Below, piece after piece: positions 28,183-35,130 of a stretch of DNA of 58,962 bases. Within the stretch, counting starts at the first letter, position 1. Every line of letters starts with the position of its first letter. The notes beneath the pieces were generated by a model. The model saw only the letters and a list, made by a program, of their open reading frames with translations, was not told the DNA's origin and ran no database searches. A program made the position numbers and the translations under genes. Origin of the DNA: an uncultured Nitrososphaeria archaeon. Its GTDB lineage: Archaea; Thermoproteota; Nitrososphaeria_A; Caldarchaeales; Wolframiiraptoraceae. The stretch covers positions 1 to 58,962 of the forward strand of contig CAYNFG010000003.1 in NCBI GenBank assembly GCA_964396455.1. The letters run 5' to 3'.

Positions 28183-28743
28183 CTACTCGATCCCCACCTT
28201 CTTCTCATAGACATAGATTCCGTCTAGGAATTTCCTCGGGTCTTTCCGCTTAATTCTCGTTGCTTGCTCGATGTTCGCAGCGGTCTGGCCTACAGCCTCC
28301 TTATCTATCCCTTTTACGAGAACGTCATCACCCTTAACCTCAACCCTTGTTCCTGATCCAACTATCTTCGCTATCCTCGGATTCTTCTCGCCGATGAAGT
28401 TCTCGATATAGACCGTATCGCCCTTAACCTTAACGGACATGGGGAAGTGGGAGGCGACTATCTTCATCTTATAGGTGAAGCCTTGTGTAACCCCGATCAT
28501 CATATTCCTAATAATGGATCTGATCGTCCCGATAATGGCTTCCGCCCTCCTACCCTTACCCAGAAACTTGACTATCACCTTATTCGAGTCGAGTTCAAGC
28601 TTTACATTAGCATGGCTTAGATCCTTCTCAAGCTCGCCAAGCCTACCCTTAACCCAGATCCTGGCAGAGTCTCTAATCTGAACCTCAACGCCTTCCGGAA
28701 TCTCGACCTCCTCGACGTACTCCCTTAAGGGCATAGCCTCCAC
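28183..28743 (-). CDS. rpl6: 50S ribosomal protein L6 (uL6)
   Basis: Two-domain L6 pattern: VEIPEGVEVQI...VKG..GEL, MMIGVTQGFTYKMKIVASHFPMSVKVKGD.VYIENFIGEK, RIKRKDPRKFLDGIYV. Confidence 0.9.
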   Translation of the reverse strand: MEAMPLREYVEEVEIPEGVEVQIRDSARIWVKGRLGELEKDLSHANVKLELDSNKVIVKFLGKGRRAEAIIGTIRSIIRNMMIGVTQGFTYKMKIVASHFPMSVKVKGDTVYIENFIGEKNPRIAKIVGSGTRVEVKGDDVLVKGIDKEAVGQTAANIEQATRIKRKDPRKFLDGIYVYEKKVGIE

Positions 28744-28874
28744 CTCAGCGTTCGTAGCGTCTCTCCTCCCTCTCCTTAACCTGATTCTGATGAACTCGGG
28801 CTACATGACTATTTAAAAATTAAACCCTTCAAAAAGCCTTCTAGAGGACGCGGCTTCTGCCCTCCAGAGGGCGT

Positions 28875-30131
28875 CTATGCCTCGCGAGTCAGGTAATCTA
28901 CGGCTATCCCTGCATAAACCCTACAAGCTTTTACGATATCTTCCGCCTTCACCTTCTCATTATATCCATGTATCGCCTCCATCTCGGCCGGTCCGTAGTG
29001 TATTGTTGGAACGCCTCTCCCGCGATAGAATCTCGCATCGCTTGAAGCCCACTGGACTAGAAGCTTCGGCTTTACGCCTATCATCTGGCCTATGTTTTCA
29101 ACTGCCAGCTTAACTATCTCAGATGCTGGCGGAGTATAGTTTACATCGCTTCTCTCTAGATAGCTCGTCTCACCACCATATTTCGAGACAATTTTCTCAA
29201 CATATGCCGCTAGCTCTTCTGATGTCATGCCTATCGGAACCCGTATATCGATTTCTAGCTCGCATTTCTCCGGGATCATGTTTATCTTTGTTCCGCCCTT
29301 TATTATTCCGAAGTTTATCGTGGCGTGGTCTAGGATCCTGCCGATCCCCTTTATCTTTATCAGCTGCTCGGCGACCTCCTTCGATTCCTCGATCGCCGGC
29401 TTCATATCCTCCGGTATCTTGGGTTGAAGCTCTGTAATCGATAGGAGTTCCTTAATCAGGTCTGCAGCCTTTAGTATCGCGCTCTCACCGGCATAGGGTG
29501 AGAGGCTTCCATGAGCCGGCTTACCATAAATCGTTATCTTCATCCAGAGGGTTCCTTTCTCGCCGACCTCTATTATATTCATCCCGGTTGGCTCGGCTAT
29601 AACTACGGATGATCCCACCGCTATATTCTGCGAGACGAGGTATCCAGTCCCATGCTCTCCGCCCGTCTCCTCATCCGAGACGCAGGCGAGCGTTAATCTA
29701 CCGTTAAGCTCCTTTTCATATTCTATGAGGCTCTTGAAGGCGTAGATTATTCCAGCCAGCCCTCCCTTCATATCAGATGCTCCGCGGCCGAGGAGATAGC
29801 CGTCTCGAATCTCCCCTAGAAATGGCTCGAAATCCCATCTGGATCTATCTCCTGCGGGGACGACATCCATATGCCCATTAAAAACCAACTCTTTTCCGGA
29901 GTTGCCGCCTATCCTCGCGACGAGGTTAATCTTGCCCTTAGCCGGCTCATAACGTTCAACCCTAACTCCAGCCTCCGAGAGATATTCCTCGATAAATGCC
30001 GCGATCTCGCTCATATCTCCTGGAGGGTTCTCACTCGGAATCTTTACAAGCTTGCATGCAAGCTCCAATACTTCCTCATCCTTAAACTTGTCTAGGATGC
30101 GGCTTTTCAGATCTCCAACCATATTTTGCAA
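28875..30131 (-). CDS. M20 family metallopeptidase (ArgE/DapE/acetylornithine deacetylase-like)
   Basis: LVFNGHMDVVPAG, GRGASDMKGGLA, SDEETGGEHGT and the dimerisation-domain GKPAHGS are M20 zinc-site motifs. It lies between rps8 and rpl6. Confidence 0.8.
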   Translation of the reverse strand: MQNMVGDLKSRILDKFKDEEVLELACKLVKIPSENPPGDMSEIAAFIEEYLSEAGVRVERYEPAKGKINLVARIGGNSGKELVFNGHMDVVPAGDRSRWDFEPFLGEIRDGYLLGRGASDMKGGLAGIIYAFKSLIEYEKELNGRLTLACVSDEETGGEHGTGYLVSQNIAVGSSVVIAEPTGMNIIEVGEKGTLWMKITIYGKPAHGSLSPYAGESAILKAADLIKELLSITELQPKIPEDMKPAIEESKEVAEQLIKIKGIGRILDHATINFGIIKGGTKINMIPEKCELEIDIRVPIGMTSEELAAYVEKIVSKYGGETSYLERSDVNYTPPASEIVKLAVENIGQMIGVKPKLLVQWASSDARFYRGRGVPTIHYGPAEMEAIHGYNEKVKAEDIVKACRVYAGIAVDYLTREA

Positions 30132-30199
30132 AATTGCTAGATCAAAATTATATCTTTCCCGAGATCAAACCCATGATTTTCTTGGCTTTCGGCTCATCT

Positions 30200-30586
30200 C
30201 TAATACACGTAGCCTAGGAGCTTTCCCCCAATACCTAGCTTCTTAGCCTCCTTATGCGACATAACGCCCCTACTGGTCGTAACTATCAGGATTCCGATAT
30301 CCTTGCTTGGAAGGAATTGCTGCTCCCACTTCTCATATTCATCCTTCTTAACGCTGAACCTAGGTCTGATCGGTGCGGCTCTATTAATTCTTCCGAGGAG
30401 CTGGATTCTAAATTTACCACCCCTACCATCCTCGATATACTCTACCGCTCCAATATACCCGTGCCGCTGCAGGGTCTTCAGGATCTCTCCAATAAGCTTT
30501 GAAGCATAGTATATGCACTCCCTATTCCTGACCATCTCATTATTCTGAAGCGTGGTGAAGAGTCCTGATACCAAATCCTTACTCAT
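30200..30586 (-). CDS. rps8: 30S ribosomal protein S8 (uS8)
   Basis: DLVSGLFTTLQNNEMVRNRECIYYASKLIGEILKTLQRHGYIG...GILIVTTSRGVMSHKEAKKLGIGGKLLGYVY. Confidence 0.9.
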   Translation of the reverse strand: MSKDLVSGLFTTLQNNEMVRNRECIYYASKLIGEILKTLQRHGYIGAVEYIEDGRGGKFRIQLLGRINRAAPIRPRFSVKKDEYEKWEQQFLPSKDIGILIVTTSRGVMSHKEAKKLGIGGKLLGYVY

Positions 30587-30683
30587 CTCTTCTTTTCATG
30601 CGAGGGGCAGGTCTCTTTATAAGTGTTTTTCGCTGAAGACGAAGACCGATCCCTCTTTGTCTCGGGGCCGATTCTAGGCGATA

Positions 30684-30695
30684 AAAGCTATATTA
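30684..30695 (+). promoter_or_regulatory. TATA-box-like AAAGCTATATTA upstream of rpl30
   Basis: It ends 25 nt before the rpl30 start. The identical 12-mer recurs upstream of rpl15 (31230..31241). Confidence 0.4.
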
Positions 30696-30720
30696 TGAGA
30701 GATCTGTCTGTGGGGAGGAA

Positions 30721-31215
30721 TTGAGCGAAGATTGCCGATGCTATCTAGTTATCAGGATTAAGGGGAGCGTTAAGGCGAGGCGAGAACACTTAGACACCCT
30801 TAGAATGCTTAACTTGAAGAGAGCGAATTGGGCTACGATAGTTCCGAAGACCCCGAGCTATGAAGGCATGCTAAAGAAGGTCGAGCATATGATAACTTGG
30901 GGCGAGCCGAATCTAAAAACGGTCAAGACCTTCCTTAGGAGGATTGAGCTGATCGGAGATGGAAGGCTTAATGAGGAAGTGGTCAAGAAGCTTGGCTTCG
31001 AATCTATCGAGGATCTCGCAAGGAAGATATACGCGGCCGAGGTAACCCTCAGCCAGCTGAAGGATAAGGGCGTAAGACCATACGCTAGGCTTCACCCGCC
31101 TAGAGGGGGATTTAAGGGCACTATCAAGAAGCATGTCTCGGCCGGGGGAGAATACGGCTATCGTGGAGAAGGGATTAACGATCTCTTCGTTAGGATGGCT
31201 GGGATCGAGGCTTAG
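30721..31215 (+). CDS. rpl30: 50S ribosomal protein L30 (uL30), TTG start per track
   Basis: YLVIRIKGSVKARREHLDTLRMLNLKRANWATIV is the L30/L7 ferredoxin-like core, and the long C-terminal part is typical of archaeal L30. Confidence 0.85.
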   Translation: MSEDCRCYLVIRIKGSVKARREHLDTLRMLNLKRANWATIVPKTPSYEGMLKKVEHMITWGEPNLKTVKTFLRRIELIGDGRLNEEVVKKLGFESIEDLARKIYAAEVTLSQLKDKGVRPYARLHPPRGGFKGTIKKHVSAGGEYGYRGEGINDLFVRMAGIEA

Positions 31216-31229
31216 CGTCGGAAAGGCAT

Positions 31230-31241
31230 AAAGCTATATTA
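31230..31241 (+). promoter_or_regulatory. TATA-box-like AAAGCTATATTA upstream of rpl15
   Basis: The same 12-mer as upstream of rpl30. It ends 54 nt before the rpl15 ATG, and GAGGAGG precedes the ATG. Confidence 0.35.
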
Positions 31242-31295
31242 AGCCGCTTCCGCATCATGCTCTCGGAATAGCCTAGAAAAGAGGAGGACTAGAAG

Positions 31296-31751
31296 ATGGG
31301 GACTAGGCATCGAAAGAGTAGGAAGCATAGGGGTAGCCGGACATGCGGCTGGGGGCAGATAGGCCAGCATAGGAAGTCAGGCTCTCGAGGAGGCCACGGC
31401 CACGCTGGAATGCATAAGCATAAATGGACTTGGGTATTGAAGTACGCTCCAGACTACTTCGGGAAGCATGGATTCCATAGGCCGAATAAGCGTGAGATAA
31501 AGGCGATAAACCTCATCCAGCTTACAACTCTCCTCGAGAACTTCGAGCGGAGAGGCGAGCTTAAGCTCGTCGAAGGCATGCCGCTTCTAAATCTTGCCGA
31601 GCTCGGAATCGGCAAGCTCGTTGCCGGAGGCAAGCTAGATAGGAAGGTCTTCGTGGTCGTCGAGAGATGGACTGAGAAGGCTGAGAAAGCAATAAAGGAG
31701 GCTGGTGGAAAGATCATATCGCCTAAAGAGCTTCAGGGTGTGGCTAGTTGA
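31296..31751 (+). CDS. rpl15: 50S ribosomal protein L15 (uL15)
   Basis: RKSRKHRGSRTCGWGQIGQHRKSGSRGGHGHAGMHKHKW is the Gly/basic N-terminal region of uL15. Confidence 0.85.
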   Translation: MGTRHRKSRKHRGSRTCGWGQIGQHRKSGSRGGHGHAGMHKHKWTWVLKYAPDYFGKHGFHRPNKREIKAINLIQLTTLLENFERRGELKLVEGMPLLNLAELGIGKLVAGGKLDRKVFVVVERWTEKAEKAIKEAGGKIISPKELQGVAS

Positions 31752-33166
31752 GCTGGAGGCCGGTTATCGAGCAGCTGGCCAGATATCTTCCCGAGGTTAG
31801 AAGACCTATTAGGAGACTAGGTTTAGGAGAGCGTCTCGCCTGGACGGCTATAGTCCTAGTAATCTACACCCTAATGGGCCATACCATGCTTTACGGAGTT
31901 CCTCAGGCGGCAAGCCTCGCAGGCCGAAGCCCGCTCATAATGAGCATAATCTTCGCTCAAAGAATCGGAACCCTCACAACCCTCGGTATAGGCCCCATCG
32001 TAACAGCCGGTCTTATCCTACAGCTTCTCGTCGGAGCTCAGATTATTAGGCTTGATCTTTCAAAGCCTGAGGATAGGGCTACTTTCACCGCCATGAATAA
32101 GCTCTTGACGATAATAGTCATCCTCGTGGAGTCGGCGATCTTCACTGTATCCGGCATGCTTGGTAGGCTCGAGCCATCAACCCAGCTGATAGTATTTCTT
32201 CAGCTAGTCGTAGCGACCCTGCTCATAGTCTTCATGGACGAGCTTATTCAGAAGGGCTGGGGTCTCGGAAGCGGGGTAAGCCTATTCATCGCCGCCGGAG
32301 TAGCCGAAGCAATATTCACAAACCTCTTCTCCCCAATAATCCTCCCAGATGGATACTATCAAGGAATAATACTTGCGCTGATCCAAGCAGCATTCCAGGG
32401 CGGAAGCTTCGGAGACCTACTCTATAGAGGACAGTTTCCAGATCTCATAGGTTTAGCAGCAACGATAGCCCTCCTAATCCTGATAATATACTTGGAGGCT
32501 CTCCGAATAGAGGTTCCGATCCAGCATGCGAGGGTATCCGGGTATACCGCAAGATATCCGATAAAGTTCCTCTATGTCTCAAACATACCGGTGATCTTCG
32601 CCTCAGTAATCTTCACGAACATATACTTCTTCTCGACCATGCTTTGGAGCCGATTCAACCCGATGAATCAAAACCCGCTCCTAAACTGGATAGGAACCTT
32701 TAACGCAACCCAGTATGGCCCGGTTCCCTTAGGCGGCCTAGCATACTATATCACCTCTCCGGGGAGCATCGCTGGAGCGGTATCAGACCCCGTTAGAGCT
32801 TTAATCTACGCCCTCCTAATGATCGGTCTCTGCATTCTCTTCGCGAAGTTCTGGGTGGAGGTTGGAGGATTATCCCCGCATCACGTAGCGGATCAATTAA
32901 TTAAGGCTGGCATGCAGATTCCGGGATTCAGGAGGGCTCCAACGATAATAGCGAGAATGCTCCAGAAGTATATCCGCGTCCTAACGGTCCTCGGAGCGAT
33001 AATAGTCGCTCTCATAGCGGTCTTCGGAGACTACTTCAACGTCTATGGAGGAGGCATAGGAATACTCCTGATGACCGGAATACTTTACCAATACTATGAG
33101 CTTCTCGTAAGAGAGCGGATGCTCGAGATGTATCCGCTCCTCGGAAGGATGCTGGGTGAGGAGTAA
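31748..33166 (+). CDS. secY: Preprotein translocase subunit SecY
   Basis: 472 aa and 10 TM segments, with the archaeal SecY/Sec61alpha N-terminus (LPEV.RP......ERL.WT..VL..Y). It follows rpl15 with a 4-nt overlap, as in the canonical cluster. Confidence 0.95.
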   Translation: MSWRPVIEQLARYLPEVRRPIRRLGLGERLAWTAIVLVIYTLMGHTMLYGVPQAASLAGRSPLIMSIIFAQRIGTLTTLGIGPIVTAGLILQLLVGAQIIRLDLSKPEDRATFTAMNKLLTIIVILVESAIFTVSGMLGRLEPSTQLIVFLQLVVATLLIVFMDELIQKGWGLGSGVSLFIAAGVAEAIFTNLFSPIILPDGYYQGIILALIQAAFQGGSFGDLLYRGQFPDLIGLAATIALLILIIYLEALRIEVPIQHARVSGYTARYPIKFLYVSNIPVIFASVIFTNIYFFSTMLWSRFNPMNQNPLLNWIGTFNATQYGPVPLGGLAYYITSPGSIAGAVSDPVRALIYALLMIGLCILFAKFWVEVGGLSPHHVADQLIKAGMQIPGFRRAPTIIARMLQKYIRVLTVLGAIIVALIAVFGDYFNVYGGGIGILLMTGILYQYYELLVRERMLEMYPLLGRMLGEE

Positions 33167-33653
33167 GATGTTCCATCCGATGCTAGAAATATTCCTAATA
33201 GCGATCATCGTAAGCTTCGCGACGAACTTCCTCAGAAGAAAGCTCATGACGCCGGAGGATATGGCGAAAATGATGGAATCCCAGAAATTCAAGAAAGCGC
33301 TACTCGAAGCCCAGAGGAAGGGGGATAAGAAGGCTCTCCAAAGGCTTAAGAAGAAACAAGAATACTATCAGAAGATCGATGCAGAGATAGGGAAGAAGAA
33401 CTTCATGATCCTCCTTGCGAGCATAGGCTTATTCTACTTCGTATTCATGGCGATCCTCACGCCCCTATACGGCAACCTCGAGGCGGTCGGCTTCCTGCCA
33501 AGCGATATGATAATACCCTTCATCTCAGCCGGGAATAAGCTCACCTACATAGGCTGGTATATACTAAGCCTCCTAGCAACAGGACTACCCCTAGGAAAAA
33601 TCTTCCAGGTTAAGCCTGCAATCGAGAAGCCCTCCGAGGCTAAAGCCAGCTAA
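33156..33653 (+). CDS. DUF106 / EMC3-TMCO1-like membrane protein (archaeal YidC/Oxa1-like insertase candidate)
   Basis: TM1, then a Lys-rich coiled coil (KFKKALLEAQRKGDKKALQRLKKKQEYYQK), then two TMs. The size and its position after secY match the archaeal DUF106 family. Confidence 0.65.
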   Translation: MRSKMFHPMLEIFLIAIIVSFATNFLRRKLMTPEDMAKMMESQKFKKALLEAQRKGDKKALQRLKKKQEYYQKIDAEIGKKNFMILLASIGLFYFVFMAILTPLYGNLEAVGFLPSDMIIPFISAGNKLTYIGWYILSLLATGLPLGKIFQVKPAIEKPSEAKAS

Positions 33654-33666
33654 CCTCGAAGCCTTC

Positions 33667-33921
33667 CTAAGCGATATAGGAGTCTATCTTCTCCCTCAGC
33701 AGGAGATCTATACGCTCCTTTAAAGATGGATCCGTAACTCTCCTAGATGCACACTCCAGGCAATACGCCTTCCTCTTCTCCACAAGCGCATACTCGCCCT
33801 TAACAATATCCCTCCCACAGCCAGCACACTTCCTCTTCCTAGAAACCTGGATGAGCTCCTGAACAACCTCCGAGCTCATCCAAATAGAAACACTACTTGC
33901 CAGGGTATAAACCTCAACCAA
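33667..33921 (-). CDS. Hypothetical small zinc-ribbon protein (TTG start per track; alternative Met15)
   Basis: CAGCGRDIVKGEYALVEKRKAYCLEC gives a CxxC-x17-CxxC arrangement. No family is recognised. Confidence 0.35.
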   Translation of the reverse strand: MVEVYTLASSVSIWMSSEVVQELIQVSRKRKCAGCGRDIVKGEYALVEKRKAYCLECASRRVTDPSLKERIDLLLREKIDSYIA

Positions 33922-33981
33922 GCCTGCCCCCTAGCCGGCGTGGAGAGGTTTTTCAAAAGGCTGCCCCGCTCCTAATATCAG

Positions 33982-34030
33982 ATGATGATGGCTGCAGTAA
34001 CTGACCCGTGATGAGCTCAGCTCATCCTGA
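33982..34030 (+). ncRNA. C/D box sRNA candidate (2'-O-methylation guide)
   Basis: AUGAUGA (C) - 12 nt UGGCUGCAGUAA - CUGA (D') - ccc - GUGAUGA (C') - 12 nt GCUCAGCUCAUC - CUGA (D). All four boxes are perfect, with the canonical archaeal 12/3/12 spacing, 49 nt in total. It is intergenic and antisense to the flanking genes. The A/T-rich ggtttttcaaaagg lies about 28 nt upstream. Confidence 0.6.
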
Positions 34031-34035
34031 TCTAT

Positions 34036-35118
34036 TTAGGGCATTATCTCGATAGTGTTATTGAAGCTTGGATAAAGTAGATCCTTCAGAGTGTATGGGC
34101 TTTTGCCGATAGCATCCTCCAGCTCGCCCAATCCCCTCCGAATCAGGTTGATGATGTATCTCGAGCAATCGCATATCGCCCTGACACCTTCATCTCCCCA
34201 AAGTCTCTCATAATGCGTATAGAGGCAGCGGGATCCACAGATATCAACTAGGCTACAGGATCTGCATGGCTCATCCAATATATTCCTCCTGCCCTCTAGA
34301 TCGCTTCTCCGAATCTCTCCAAGCAATCCTATCCTAGCCCAATCCTCCTCAACGGCTATCGGGCATGAAATCACCCTACCATCGGTCAGGATCGTAAATG
34401 AATTCTCGCCGGAGCCACATGGAGGCTTCACCCCACCACCCTCCAAAATCCTCCTCAAGATTCCTTGGAATGGCGCTATCCCCAAAAGCCTACCACTCCT
34501 CAAATTGGATAACCAGTCTCGAAAGAGCTTTCTCAGACCAGGCTTATAAGATTCATCGATCCAGCTCCAAAGATTCCTCCAAGAACTTCTATCCACCCAG
34601 ATCATGCTTAGCTGCCAATGAACATGATCGAATAAACCCAGCCCTATTAGATGCTTTACATCCCGATAGATATCCGAGTCGTTTGTAATCGTCATCCTCG
34701 CGACGATATCGCCATCATATCCCCCAGCCCTTATCCTTCTAACCGCCTCCAAAACCCTTTCATACACGCCCACGCCCCTATTCCTATTTGTCAAATCTTT
34801 TACACCATCGATGGATACTAGGATCGTGTCAAGCTCATCCAAGATCCTCTTATCCACTTTATCGAGTAGTAGGCCGTTCGTCTGCAAGATATAATGCCTT
34901 GCCGAAAACCTCTCCATAACATCCGCTATAAACTTCTGGTTGAGCAAGGGTTCTCCTCCATAGAATGCTATCGAGTCCCCTTCTCTGAAAACCTCCTCGA
35001 GGAGCTTAAGCGGATAGTTAACATTCCAGGGGACGAGTCTTGGATCGAAGCTCCCTCCACAATACCTGCATCTCAGATTACATCTTCCAGTCGTATAGAC
35101 TATGAATAGGAGGTTCAT
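34036..35118 (-). CDS. Radical SAM / SPASM-domain protein (recalls the archaeal AF0577 / TIGR04084 putative peptide-modifying family)
   Basis: CNLRCRYCGG (CxxxCxxC) at residues 13-20, FYGGEPLL, and C-terminal Cys clusters (PPCGSGENS..., CRSCSLVDICGSRC, CDCS). The family name is from memory and needs an HMM check. Confidence 0.75.
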   Translation of the reverse strand: MNLLFIVYTTGRCNLRCRYCGGSFDPRLVPWNVNYPLKLLEEVFREGDSIAFYGGEPLLNQKFIADVMERFSARHYILQTNGLLLDKVDKRILDELDTILVSIDGVKDLTNRNRGVGVYERVLEAVRRIRAGGYDGDIVARMTITNDSDIYRDVKHLIGLGLFDHVHWQLSMIWVDRSSWRNLWSWIDESYKPGLRKLFRDWLSNLRSGRLLGIAPFQGILRRILEGGGVKPPCGSGENSFTILTDGRVISCPIAVEEDWARIGLLGEIRRSDLEGRRNILDEPCRSCSLVDICGSRCLYTHYERLWGDEGVRAICDCSRYIINLIRRGLGELEDAIGKSPYTLKDLLYPSFNNTIEIMP

Positions 35119-35130
35119 GTCCCAGCGGCC

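Noticed and set aside
28787-28809. CUGAUGA followed after 12 nt by UGAC in the rpl6 upstream spacer
   Set aside because: The first position is a pyrimidine, the D' box is imperfect, and no C'/D pair follows. It is probably a chance match within the rpl6 promoter and leader.
28859-28872. Palindrome GCCCTC-ca-GAGGGC at the stop codon of the M20 peptidase gene, considered as a terminator hairpin
   Set aside because: A 2-nt loop cannot close a hairpin, and no oligo-T follows on the minus strand. It could be a protein-binding dyad, but there is no further support.
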